Source: Octopus sinensis
Taxonomy: Eukaryota
Assembly: GCF_006345805.1 (NCBI RefSeq)
Contig: NW_021826254.1
Span: forward strand, 1-35,636
Length of the DNA: 35,636 nt
Direction: 5' to 3'
Below the pieces are notes generated by a model. It ran no database searches, was not told the DNA's origin, and saw only the letters and a program-made list of their open reading frames with translations. Positions 20,505 through 33,041 of the stretch are shown piece by piece; position 1 is the first letter of the stretch, and each line of letters opens with the position of its first letter. A program made the position numbers and the translations under genes.

Positions 20505-20790
20505 GTGTATACAATCATATATAAAACGTTACCCTCGAAGACAATTTCCGTTGCGAAAGATCCAGTGTGAAATACGTTTGTACACACTTTCAAATAGATC
20601 TTTTAATGAACAAATATTCTCAAATTTTTCACACACTTGTTGGAATAATATATCAAACGTCAGTTATGTAACAAAGATGGTAACCCAAAGAATCAATACT
20701 GGTTTTGTTTTACTTGATAAGTGGGGGTTGGAAGATGTGGAGGCGTTCATGTTTGTCCCCAAAGCATTAGGAACATATATTTCAGGAACG

Positions 20791-21022
20791 TGCTGGTAGA
20801 CTCGTTAGCGCGCCGGGCGAAATGCTTAGCGGTATTTCGTCTGTCGTTACGTTCTGAGTTCAAATTCCGCCGAGGTCGACTTTACCTTTCATCCTTTCGG
20901 GGTCGATAAATAAAGTACCAGTTTCGCACTGGGTGGGGGGGGGTCGATGTAATCGACTTAATCCCTTTGTCTGTCCTTGTTTGTCCCCTCTATGTTTAGC
21001 CCCTTGTGGGCAATAAAGAAAT
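20791..21022 (+). mobile_element. L-tail Deu SINE monomer
   Basis: 16-bp TSD ATATATTTCAGGAACG at 20775-20790 and 21023-21038. Confidence 0.92.
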
Positions 21023-21289
21023 ATATATTTCAGGAACGGTTACGTTATGATGCGATCCATCCGTTGCAGCGAAATGTGTAGATGAAGGGAAGATCAATAA
21101 GACTCTCTTTGGGAGGTTTATGAGTGTGTGAGCTTTTGTGTGTGTGTGAGTGTGTGTGTATGATTACGTGTCTGTACTCGTGTGGGTGTTTTAAACATGC
21201 GCACACACGTGTATGTAAATTGTTGATTGAATAAAACCATCATTGACGCTGATAACTTTAGGAAGAGAGGTAATGGAAAATTGTGTGTA

Positions 21290-21448
21290 TGCTTAAGTGT
21301 GCATATGTATATATATAAATATATACATATATATATATATGTGCATATACATATATATATACAAACATATATATACCTATACATACATATACACAGGCAT
21401 ATAACATATATATGTATATATACGCACATATACATACATATATATACG

Positions 21449-21492
<44 letters not shown>

Positions 21493-21667
21493 GTGCATAT
21501 ATATACATATACATATATATACAAACATATATATGCCTATACATACATATACACAGGCATGTAACATACGTACATATGCATACATATATATACGTATATA
21601 ATATATATATATATATATATATACACATACATATATACCTGTATATATGTATGTATTTATGTAAGTG

Positions 21668-21711
<44 letters not shown>

Positions 21712-21800
21712 ATATATATAATACTATAGGTGTGTGTATGTATATGCATGTAATATGTGTGGGTGTTCGTGATATATGTATGTGTGTGTGTGTGTGTCCA
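21290..21800. repeat. Compound TA/CA/TG microsatellite with an internal ~150-bp duplication
   Basis: ACAAACATATATAT.CCTATACATACATATACACAGGCAT occurs twice. Confidence 0.9.
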
Positions 21801-21889
21801 AATATGCAATCTCTAAATAAAGTTTTCTCTTCAGTTCTTTAGTCGTTCAATATCTCTAACATTTTGGAAATCCTCATAGAATACTCTGC

Positions 21890-22060
21890 TACTTAAGTTT
21901 TGAATTTGCTGCTCAACTTTGGAATGGTTTACTTTAGTCTCTCGGGTGTTAAAAAAAAAACGCCAACACGATAAAAGAAGCCTGGAGAGTTCAAAGAGAA
22001 ATTCTACAGCTCTCCATAGATACGTCTATAGAATTATACCATCGAACTGGGATTAGCCAT
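21890..22060 (+). pseudogene. Possible CR1/L2-type RT C-terminal relic
   Basis: EFAAQLWNGY...WRVQREI resembles LEYA..VWNPY...VQRRATK; highly degraded. Confidence 0.35.
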
Positions 22061-22364
22061 TAACAAGAATCTAAATCCTGTTGTTGTTAATGGAAATACG
22101 ACATCTAGCAGAAGAAATTAATCCTTTAGCAGACGAGACTGTACCCACTTACATACAGCTTGTGTCAGAGACGCAATATGGTGACTACAACGGGAAGAAA
22201 GAGAAAGATAATGATTGGCGATGATATTGTGTAGAGATGTGTTCGCTGACAGCTCAACCAGAATGGCTGAAAAGGCTGAATAGGCGGAGATGGAACAGAT
22301 AAGCAATCATTTGAGCCAAATCAAACACACAAACGTTGCTAAATAATAAATTCGTTCTATGTAT

Positions 22365-22772
22365 ACTCTTTTACTCTTTTACTTGTTTCAGTCATTCGAC
22401 TGCGGTCATGCTGGAGCACCGCCTTTAGTCGAGCAACTCGACCCCGGGACTTATTCTTTGTAAGCCCAGTACTTATTCTATCGGTCTCTTTTGCCGAACC
22501 GCTAAGTGAAGGGGACGTAAACACACCAGCATCGGTTGTCAAGCAATGCTAGGGGGACAAACACAGACACACAAACACACACATACATATATATATATAT
22601 ACATATATACGACAGGCTTCTTTCAGTTTCCGTCTACCAAATCCACTCACAAGGCATTGGTCGACCCGGGGCTATAGCAGAAGACATTTGCCCAAGATGC
22701 CACGCAGTGGGACTGAACCCGGAACCATGTGGTTGGTTAGCAAGCTACTTACCACACAGCCACTCCTGCGCC
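22365..22772 (-). mobile_element. OK-like SINE, full length, young
   Basis: Near-identical to the copy at 10588; short (C)TATGTAT duplication at both ends. Confidence 0.93.
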
Positions 22773-22789
22773 TATGTATGTCATTATTG

Positions 22790-23235
22790 AATTTATTTTA
22801 AGATTTCTTGTCGATTGAGAAAGAACTGGTTTCTAATCTAGATCCAAGGCTCCTTCATTGGAATTTCAACAACAGGGTATGTACGTATTTACGTATTTAT
22901 ATATGCATGTATGTGCAGATTTGTATGTTTTATGTATATATTCTCATGCATATAGTTACATATCTAGACATGCTCATATATACGTATTTAAATGATAAAC
23001 TTCTGGAAAGTTTTACAGCTTTTAACAGTTCTAGTGATGGATTGAATCTGTAGTCTTCGAATTAGCTTTCTCTTTTCTGGTTTTTACAAGCCTAATTTCT
23101 CAGCATTGATATATAGGCAGTGTGTTATATATCCCAGGGGCCCCAATGATTACAGGTATAAACCTGAACTTGTAATCTGGATAAAGAAACTGCAGATTCC
23201 TCAATAGTTCAGCATAGGTGTTTTCTTTTTCACGG
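22790..23235 (-). mobile_element. Second RLE-type (R4/Dong/NeSL-like) non-LTR 3' end
   Basis: Minus: KIREKENTYAELLRNLQFLYPDYKFRFIPVIIGA...RRLQIQSITRTVKSCKTFQKFII*, followed by a 3' UTR. Confidence 0.65.
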
Positions 23236-23291
23236 ATCTTCAAATTACGGGCCTTGTGCCTAGAGTAGAAAAGAATATTAAAGGTTTATAA

Positions 23292-23753
23292 GGCGGCGAG
23301 CTGGCAGAATCGTTAGCACGCCGGGCGAAATGCTTACCGTTATTTCGTCTGTCTTTACGTTCTGAGTTCAAACTCTACCGAGGTCAACTTTGCCTTTCTA
23401 TCATTTCTAGGTCGTTAAATTAAGTACCTATTTCTTTACTACCCACAAGGGGCTAAACACAGAAGGGACAAACAAGGACAGACAAAGGGATTAAGTCGAT
23501 TACATCGACCCCAGTGTGCAACTGGTACTTAATTTATCGACCCCGAAAGGATGAAAGGCAAAGTCGACCTCGGCGGAATTTGAACTCAGAACGTAGCGGC
23601 AGACGAAATACCGCTAAGCATTTCGCCCGGCGTGCTAACGTTTCTGCCAGCTCGTTAAATTAAGTACCAGTTGCGTACTGGGGTCGATCTAATCGACTGC
23701 CCCCCCCCCCCCAAAAAAAAATTCCAGGCCTTGTGTCTCGAGAAGAAAAGAAT
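23292..23753 (+). mobile_element. S-tail Deu SINE with an antisense L-tail SINE (23429-23652) inserted in its Deu domain
   Basis: 16-bp TSD CGTTAAATTAAGTACC at 23413-23428 and 23653-23668. Confidence 0.92.
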
Positions 23754-23769
23754 TACGCGGCTAGAGTGA

Positions 23770-23940
23770 ACGAGTGTTTTAATACATTTGGCTGTTTGTT
23801 GAAAAAATTGGGAATCGGATCAAAGAATGTTCGTGACTAGAACAGGAGACTCCTCCACAAAGGCGTTCCTAGATGTGTTCCAAAGCTGGAAAGCGTTCTG
23901 GAATCGATGCATCAAGAGTCGCTGATTGAAATCACCTTGA
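23770..23940 (+). pseudogene. mariner transposase C-terminal relic
   Basis: KAFLDVFQSWKAFWNRCIKS resembles EAFQDCFQSWK.RW.RCI. Confidence 0.45.
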
Positions 23941-23997
23941 AATCATTTGCAAGCCTAATTACATTGTAATTAAGGCCATATATGCGACTGAATGCAG

Positions 23998-24000
<3 letters not shown>

Positions 24001-24083
<83 letters not shown>
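24001..24083. repeat. (TC)n(CA)n microsatellite
   Basis: Direct reading. Confidence 0.97.
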
Positions 24084-24087
<4 letters not shown>

Positions 24088-24506
24088 TCACATACACACG
24101 CGCGCACTCACACACACACACGCTCACTACATTCGTACATAGGTACGTATATATGTTTATGTATGTTTATAGTTATATATCTATATATGTAACTGAGGGC
24201 ATATGAACAAGAGTGTGTGTGTGTGTGTTTGTGTGTGTACGTGCGTATGCAAGTGTGTGTGCACGCGCGCAAGCATATGTGTGTGCGTGTGCGCACGCGG
24301 GGGTGTGTGCATGTATGTAACTTACTGAAAGTACATTCATATGTATGTGTATAGTTCTCGCCTGAGATCACGTCAGGCGAGAACTGAAGATCGCCGTGGC
24401 ATGAAACTCAAGTAGCGGAATAAGAATTAAATTCCAATGAACCAAAACCATTACGGCATGTATTAAGCACCTCCTCTCTTACTTGCCAGATACACTTCAC
24501 CGTTTT

Positions 24507-24556
<50 letters not shown>

Positions 24557-24735
24557 TATGAGTATGTTTGTGCGTGTGTGTCTGTGACCTTCATAAAAAA
24601 AACATCATTCCTGGTCATGAAAATAAAAAGAAACAATCCATGTTTTATAATATCATTCGTATTCATTATAGTAACCTGTAACTTTGCACAGGTAGAAACT
24701 GGTTATTTAGGTACAAGATTATAGTATATTACTGG

Positions 24736-25161
24736 GGATCTTTTCGGTTTGACCGGCAGCTTTTTTTAAATAATTTTCACGTAACTAAACACTTTTAAAC
24801 TTCGTATACTGGTAGAATGTGTTTATAAAACATCTTTGTCTCTTGGCTTTATTGAGAAAAATTCTATAGTTTGTAAGATATTTATTGTTTTTTTCTTCAA
24901 TTTCTGCAATTTCAACCAATCAATGACGTCTATTGAGGTGAAAACATTCTGTGCCGTATGAATATGTCCCTCGTTTGAGAAACATATTGGGTATATTTAC
25001 ATTTTTGAAGAAAAAAAGATACCCTTCCCCCCCAACCCTAACCCTAACCCTAACCCTAAAACAGATTGAAATGCAATAGATCGGTACTAGGGTCATAATT
25101 ATGGGTAACAATTTCATATGACACTGCTAGAAAAAAACTGCTGTTCAAACCGAAAAGATCT
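24736..25161. mobile_element. Second member of the GGATCTTTTC foldback family, asymmetric, with (CCCTAA)4
   Basis: Ends GGATCTTTTCGGTTTGACCGGCAG / CTGCTGTTCAAACCGAAAAGATCT. 9-bp TSD TATTACTGG/TATTACCGG at 24727-24735 and 25162-25170. Left arm homologous to the 9063 element. Confidence 0.88.
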
Positions 25162-25489
25162 TATTACCGGTAGTTATTGTTAGGTTTTCTCGTAGACGTT
25201 TGACCCGGGGGTAAAGAAAAACACGTGTTTCAACGGGACCAGAGGATGAAAGCATAAAAATCAAGACCATTGACTCGCAGAACTAGAACATCAACAAGCG
25301 AAACAAGACGGATGCTTGCAAAATATTTCACACACAGACACACACACACACACACACACACCTATATATTTAGATAACCAGTGATGGTGATAGAGAGAGA
25401 GGGACCTTGATAGATTAATAAATTAGATAGGCGAATAGATCGATTCATAGATACATACATAGATACAATTGATTGCTAAGTAGCATTAT

Positions 25490-26080
<591 letters not shown>

Positions 26081-26399
26081 TACAACAAAAGATTGTTGAT
26101 ACAAAATGCTATACAATTTAGTCGTGTATCATTATTATTGTTTGAGAAAGGAATTCGAAAGAGAAAAGAATAATAATATAAAAAATGGAAACATACTTAA
26201 AAGCAGAAGGTGGACAATATGCGCAGAAATTCTGTGGTATTAGATTATGCAAACAATCAAGAAGATAATGTTCTTAGCTTAAGCTTACTTCTAGAACATT
26301 TCTGAATAAAAATAGATAAAAGAAAGAACAGAGAGAGAAAATAAAATGAGATACTAATCTTGCTAAGAATGTAAATTTGATGAGAAATACATAAGCGAA

Positions 26400-26412
26400 T
26401 AGATAAGTCAAC

Positions 26413-26476
<64 letters not shown>

Positions 26477-26518
26477 GGATAGAGAGAGAGATAGATAGAT
26501 ATATATATATATATATAT

Positions 26519-26555
<37 letters not shown>

Positions 26556-26652
26556 GAGATAGAGAGATGGATGGATAGATAGATAGATAGATAGATAGAT
26601 AGAGAGATAGAGAGATAGAGAGATACATAGATGGATAGATAGATAGATAGAT

Positions 26653-26714
<62 letters not shown>

Positions 26715-26720
26715 GAGTTA
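26400..26720. repeat. (GATA)n tetranucleotide array
   Basis: Direct reading. Confidence 0.95.
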
Positions 26721-27239
26721 GATAGATATGTAGGTAGATGAAAGGCGGGTGGCTTCTTTAATCACCTAGCACTATCTCGGATTCGATCTCGCGTATTTAT
26801 CTTTTATTTCCTATCACTCTACCTAGTTTTTTTTCGTGATAAGAACAATTGTGTTTCTCAAGAACGAAGTTCTCACAATCCTTCTATCTATTACTTTAAC
26901 ACTTCGACTAATTTGCATAAGATGTACAAGTGTTTTCTCTTAATCTTCTGTGATCTTACAACTCATATTACAAATTTTTATCAACTCGATTCATATTTTA
27001 TACAGAAGGAGTGTATTTATTTATTTGTTTCTTTATTTGTGTACGTCTTCAAGAAGTATGGATTTCTTCTTAAAATATTTCTACGGAAACGCAAACAACC
27101 ACCATTACCATCATTCTGCTTGCATCAATTTTTTTTTTATTAGGTGTGAAACAAAGTGAAAAATATTCAAGGAGAGTTATGATGTGTTTCAATTCCATTC
27201 GGTATAATGAGCTGGTAATGTTTTATTGCTCAAACAAAA

Positions 27240-27372
27240 TTGGTGAACTTCCCCGGATAAAATTTCTAGTGGCATTTCGTTCGGGTTTTACGTTCTAAAC
27301 TCAAATTCCGCCGAGCTTGACGATATCTTTCATTCTTTCAGCATCAACAGATTAAGTCCCAGTCGAGCACAA
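27240..27372 (+). mobile_element. Diverged Deu SINE fragment
   Basis: TTACGTTCTAAACTCAAATTCCGCCGAG...CTTTCATTCTTTCAG. Confidence 0.65.
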
Positions 27373-27487
27373 CCAGCATATCAATCCCTTCTCGAGTCAC
27401 ATAGATCCATAAGAACGTGTCCCAGTTTCAGCGGTGTATATACTTTCCCATTTGGCGGGACGCACGATTACTTATTTTTGTCATGCA

Positions 27488-27967
27488 TAAGACATGCATA
27501 AGATCTGGTCATCAAATCTAAGTAGAGACTTCAAACTTGAAATCTTCAAAGCCACAGTCGAACCAATTCTACTATATGGCGCAGAAACTTGGACGTTATC
27601 AAAGAAGCTTGAGAGGCGGTTGGATGGAACCTACACTCGCCTCCTTATGAGAGCTCAAAATCTCTCGTGGAAGCGCCATCCAACCAAAATGCAAATATAT
27701 GGGAAACTACCACCTGTGTCATCTCTTGTGAAAGGTAAGAGAGTCCAGTTTGCTGGACATTGTTGTAGAGGTAATTTCTACTCTTCTCCTCTGGAAGCCA
27801 TCTACTCGCAATACCAGAGGGCGCACACTCTCCTACCCTGATGTAATCTCCAGGGATACAGGCATCCAGCAACAGGACCTCCGTAATGCCATGATGGACC
27901 GTGAAGTCTGGCGTAGCATGGTAAATTCCATTGTCTCGACCACGGACGAACAATGATGATGATGATG
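27488..27967 (+). mobile_element. 5'-truncated RTE-clade LINE with a (GAT)n tail
   Basis: IWSSNLSRDFKLEIFKATVEPILLYGAETWTL...QFAGHC...DREVWRSMV; one frameshift; the stop runs into the (GAT)n tail. TSD ATTTTTGTCA(T)GCA at 27474-27487 and 27968-27980. Confidence 0.9.
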
Positions 27968-27984
27968 ATTTTTGTCAGCAGAAT

Positions 27985-28090
27985 AAACTGGAGCAACGTG
28001 AAATGAAGTGCTTTGCCCGTTCTAGAAATCGAAACTATAATCTTAAGATCATGACTGCAACAGCATAACCACTAAGCCATGCTGTGCACC
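27985..28090 (-). mobile_element. OR-like SINE head/core fragment
   Basis: GGAGCAACGTGAAATGAAGTG...AACCACTAAGCCATG. Confidence 0.65.
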
Positions 28091-28209
28091 TCACTTGCAC
28101 GTGTAGTGTAAAGAATTATTTTATTGACTCCAGAGGGATGAAAATCGAGTCGGACATGTTGTGATGCGAACCCAAATCATGAAGAAAACGAAACTTATGC
28201 ATCCTTGTT

Positions 28210-28415
28210 ATTATTCACTTGTTTCAGTCGTTAGACTGCGGCCATGCTGGGGCATCGCATTGAAGGGTTTATCGGACAAATCAAACACAGCGCTTGTGTT
28301 TTTAAAGCCTGGTAATTATTCTATTGGTATCTTTTTTTGTTGCCGAACCGTTGTCATGGGGCCATAAACAAACCAGCACCGGTTGTCATATCAAGCAGTG
28401 GTGCGGAAAAGATCA

Positions 28416-28490
<75 letters not shown>
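28210..28490 (-). mobile_element. OK-like SINE 3' half
   Basis: CTTGTTTCAGTCGTTAGACTGCGGCCATGCTGG...; ends in the internal CA/TA tract. Confidence 0.8.
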
Positions 28491-28496
<6 letters not shown>

Positions 28497-28760
28497 TACG
28501 ACCTGGTGGCATAACCCGAATTTACACAACCAACAATGCTAGGGTGAACCATGCGAAATTGATATGCCAATCCAATGCGTCTCAATTGCGGTGGGGGGGG
28601 GTTGTTCCCCCTGTCAGTAAATAGAAAATGTGCTTTTGTGTCTAAAGAATACTTTGGCTCTTAGTTCTAGTAACGCTTGTGCTCCCTCTACCGTTCGTCA
28701 CATTTTAGTGACGGTGAATAATTTTCTTTTTAGTTTTGAATTGCCTCTGGCCACCTTCAT

Positions 28761-28791
<31 letters not shown>

Positions 28792-28955
28792 GTAAAAACA
28801 ATTAAGATTCAAGGGAGTTCTATTGAATTCACTTGAATGCGGTACTTAACTTAGATGCACCAGAAAACTATATGGTATTAACCATACAATAATGTGGGGT
28901 GATTATAAACAAGAAAAAAAGCAACAAGAATGGATTCTTGTTGCTTTTTTCTTGT
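28792..28955 (+). mobile_element. Deleted relative of the 7728-7992 element, with a terminal hairpin
   Basis: GGTACTTAACTTAGATGCACCAGA and TGGGGTGATTAT match the 7728 element; (TA)n flanks; 22-bp hairpin at 28909-28955. Confidence 0.65.
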
Positions 28956-28974
28956 ATATATATATATATATATA

Positions 28975-29362
28975 TATTATATAAAATCCGTTCTGTCTGT
29001 CTGAGTGTCTTCTAGGATCTTGGGCATCCTCCATCCGATTGCGCTCAAATTTGATATGTAGATACCGACGGAATCAGGGCGTGTATAAGTCTTGAAAAAA
29101 ATTACAAAAATCGATTCCAGGTGAGAATGCGATCGATAAAGCCGTGGGAACGGGAATTTATACGCGCAAGTACATTAGCGTACGCGAGAAAAAGTCTATC
29201 TTTATTTTTTTCTTTTGCTGGTGTCTCAAATTTAGGTTAAATCAGTGTTTCTGAAAGGGAAACCTATGGGACGGTCGGACAAGTTGTTTTGAGAAAATTT
29301 GGTTTAAATGTTTGACAACTCAGCGCCGTCCATTGGACCGGGGGGAGGGGCGTTTTGCTCGT
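28975..29362 (+). mobile_element. Helitron/HINE-like non-autonomous element
   Basis: Starts TATTATATAAAATCCGTTCTGTCTGTCTG in a TA tract. Ends with a GC-rich stem (GTCC-ATT-GGAC) and GCTCGT, close to a CTAG-T end. Confidence 0.5.
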
Positions 29363-29375
29363 ATATATATATATC

Positions 29376-29694
29376 GTGGCACTTCGTCGGTTACGACGAC
29401 GACGAGGGTCCCAGCTGATCCGATAAACGGAACAGCTTGCGCGTGAAATTAACGTGCAAGTGGCTGAGCACTCTACTGACACGTGTACCCCTTCACGTAG
29501 TTCTCAGGGAGATTCAGCGTGACACAGAGTGTGACAAGGCTGGCCCTTTGAATAACACGTACTACTCATTTTTGCCAGATGAGTGGAGCAACGTGAAATA
29601 AAGTGTCTTGCTCAAGGACACAACGTCTCGCTGGGAATTGAACTCACGACCTTCCGATCGTGAGCCGAATACCCTAACTACTAAGCCACGCGCC
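29376..29694 (-). mobile_element. tRNA-Arg(ACG)-derived SINE (OR-like head, CORE/Meta-like domain, tail Y)
   Basis: Head and core as at 17197; tail ...TCGTCGTAACCGACGAAGTGCCAC as at 33952. Confidence 0.9.
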
Positions 29695-29710
29695 ATCATA
29701 TATATATATA

Positions 29711-29883
29711 TTCTTTTATTCTTTGACTGCGGCCATGCTGGAGCACCGTCTTTAGTGGAACGAAGCGACCCCAGGACTTACTCTTTGTAAGTTTAGTAAT
29801 TATTCTATCGTTCTCTTTTGCCGAACCGCTAAGTTACGGGACGTAAACACACCGACATCGGTTGTCAAGTAATGGTGGTGGGA

Positions 29884-29961
<78 letters not shown>

Positions 29962-30116
29962 ACGCGCTTCATTCAGTTTCCCTTATCAAATTCGGTCACA
30001 AAGCTTTGGTCGGTGCGGAGCCATTGTGGAAGACACTTACCCAGGGTGCCGCGTAGCGGGATTGAATCCAAGACCATATGATTGGGAAGTAAACTTCTTA
30101 CCACACAGCCACGCCT
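29711..30116 (-). mobile_element. OK-like SINE
   Basis: GACTGCGGCCATGCTGGAGCACCG...ACCACACAGCCACGCC. Confidence 0.88.
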
Positions 30117-30169
30117 GAACCTAGGCACCACATAATGAGAGTTCATCTTCATCTTGTGTGTCTGTGTGT

Positions 30170-30214
30170 GAGCTTGTGTGTGTGTGTTTGTGTTTGTGTT
30201 TGTGTGTGTGTGTG

Positions 30215-30245
<31 letters not shown>

Positions 30246-30865
30246 ATGTGTGTGTGTGTTTGTGTGTCTGTATTTGCGTTTTTGTGTGTCTGCGTGGTTG
30301 TGTGTGTTCGTGTGTGTATATGTGTTTGTGTGTGTGTGTGTGTGTGTTTGTGTATTCGTGTATTTGCGTGTATATTTGTATGTGCGTGTGTGTGTGTGTG
30401 TATGTGTTTGTGTGTGTGTGTTTGTGTATGTGTGTGTGTGTGTGTGTGTATGTGTTTGTGTGTGTGTGTTTGTGTGTGTTTGTGTGTGTTTGTGTGTGTG
30501 TGTATGTGTGTGTGTGTTTGTGTGTGTGTGTGTATGTGTTTGTGTGTGTGTGTGTATGTGTTTGTGTGTGTGTGTTTGTGTGTGTTTGTGTGTGTTTGTG
30601 TGTGTGCGTCTGTGTGTGTATGTGTGTGTTTGTGTGTGTGTGTATGTGTTTGTGTGTGTGTGTTGTGTGTGTGTTTGTGTGTTGTGCGTCCTGTGTGTGT
30701 ATGTGTGTGATGGTGTGTGTGTGTGTGTTTTTGGGTGTGCGTCTGTGTGTGTAGGTGTGTGGTGTGTGTGTATGTGTTTGTGTGTGTGTGTTTGTGTGTG
30801 TTTGTGTCTGTGTATGTCTGTGTGTGTGTGTGTGTGGTGTGTGTGTGTGTGTGTATTTGTGTGTG
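30170..30865. repeat. ~700-bp degenerate (TG)n/(TTTGTG)n tract
   Basis: Direct reading. Confidence 0.95.
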
Positions 30866-31314
30866 TTTTTCTAACATTCCATCTCTCTTTCAGAGTGGTA
30901 AACTGTGACATTCCCAAAGTCGTTAGCAGCAGAAGAAATGCTAATTCGATCCAAACGGTAATTGAATCTACCTCCAAGTTTTGGGCTTGCCAGCAGCTTC
31001 TCGTTTTAAACCGCTCGACATACGAACATAAATATCGATTTTTCATATTTATAGAAGGAAACAGATTTATCGACGAAGCACATAATCGATTAAATCAATA
31101 CTAGAATATCACTGGTACACTATTTCATCGACCCTGCGGAGACGGTAAGCAAAAACGAAGTCTTGGAAATTCGATCCCCAAACACCGAGATGTAACTATA
31201 TACTAAAAATTGTTTAGTTTACGGCAATCTAATTAGGATTACCTCCGTACCAGTTTTGTAGCAAGATTAATATTAATACTAATCCAAACTTAACCATAGC
31301 AGGAAGAATTAACA

Positions 31315-31452
31315 TGTCACCGGAATCGACTTAGCCATTCATTCTTTCGGGATCGACAAAATACATACCAGTTGAGCACTGGAGTCGATCAAATCGACTT
31401 ACCCCCCGCCCCCGAAATTGCTGGCCTTGTGCCAAAATTAGAAACCAATATT
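31315..31452 (+). mobile_element. S-tail Deu SINE 3' part
   Basis: CATTCTTTCGGGATCGAC...CCCCCGAAATTGCTGGCCTTGTGCCAAAATTAGAAACC. Confidence 0.8.
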
Positions 31453-31971
31453 CTTGGGGAAAGCATAACTGACGCAATAGTTCCTCTTGTCTGCAAAAGT
31501 CTCAGGCGTCAAAAGAATTTTTTGTCTTGCGGCCGTTTTCACCTCCTTTCACCCATACTTTCTTTACATACGATTGTACGCGCGCATGGCAATACACACA
31601 CACTCACTCTCTCTCTCTCACAACACAACACACACACACACACACATACACACACATACACAAACACACTAAACAACAACACCTCACAGCCTTACTTATC
31701 TACGTCACTATACTTCCGCACCTGCATACTTATACATACATATACACCACCCTCCCAAAACCACACGCACACACACACACACTAACAACCACCACCATCC
31801 CATTTATCCGCTTTCAGACAACGATATACACCTGTACTTTCACCTATGCAGCTACTCCCACTTTCTTAATCCTTCCCCTAGAACAGCATTCCCATTTGGT
31901 TTTTACCCTTCACCGATTTTTTTTTCTCTCACTATCTTTTCCCCTTCATCACTCCCTTTATAATTTTCTCT

Positions 31972-32010
31972 TTCTTTTGACGAAGGACTAAAGTCCGAAA
32001 CGTTTAGATT
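31972..32010 (+). ncRNA. Degenerate minimal hammerhead in pyrimidine-rich, PLE pseudo-LTR-like sequence
   Basis: (U)UGACGA-A-GGAC/UAAA/GUCC-GAAA-CGU-U^UAGA. C3 is changed to U and stem I is weak. Confidence 0.6.
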
Positions 32011-32519
32011 CTTTCTCTACTCATTTAAAGCGTTAAGTTAATACCGTATTTTTTAAACATAGTCCTCGCATCTTGTGCTTTTTTTTATTCTTCATTGCAT
32101 TTACACCTTATAATAAATTTTATCGGGAATCATTCAAATACACGGTTGAACTAATCCAATAACCTCGTTTCACCTTCGCCTTCCCAATAGATTCACCTTT
32201 TCCGCTTACAAACTTAAACACAGTCGTGTATAATTATCTCTCTAGTTGAGGCAGCAGAGTCTGTCTGTATCTTCTACTTCAATTCAGATTTTACGAAAAA
32301 CCTAACTACATTTTCAGTGCAGAGACGTCAATCTAAAAGAAGCAGAGAGAACGTAGAGGTGATGAAATCATTGTGCAGTGTATGACTTACACTAATCAGG
32401 GTGACACCACGGTAGACTTGTCCCAAAAACGTTAATGACAGGTGATTTATAGCAAACCAATTTCAATGGTATTTTACTACTAGTAGCAGTAGTAGCTGGC
32501 CATTGCCAAACACAGATAA

Positions 32520-32856
32520 TGGTAGTGGTTGCTGTTGTTGTCGGTGGTAGCGGTAGCGGCGTCGGGTTATGGTAGTGGTGATACTTGTAGTGATAATGGC
32601 AGTTGTGATGGTAGTGGCAGGAGTGGGTGCAGGGACGGGGATGTGGGACGCGGCGGGGGTGATGGTGATGATGGTGGTAAGTCAGTAGTAGTAATAGTAG
32701 TGAAAATTATGGTGGTGGTTGTGATGGTAGTGGTGGTGGTGGTTGTGATGATGATGATAACGGCGGTGATGGTAGTGTTGGTAGTGTTGGCGGCGATGGT
32801 GATAATATTAGTTGTAGTATTAGTAGTTGTAGTAGTGATTGTGGCGGTGGTGTTGG

Positions 32857-32903
<47 letters not shown>

Positions 32904-32919
32904 GATGATGATGATGATG

Positions 32920-32957
<38 letters not shown>

Positions 32958-32967
32958 AATGATGATG

Positions 32968-33041
<74 letters not shown>

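Noticed and set aside
25036-25058. Telomere or chromosome-fusion signal from (CCCTAA)4
   Set aside because: Short and internal to a TSD-bounded transposon.
29973-31104. Long ORFs (up to 357 aa) of HT/CV repeats, and similar ORFs at 591-1256, 21118-21842 and 25445-26116
   Set aside because: Dinucleotide repeats are stop-free in several frames on both strands; no coding signal.
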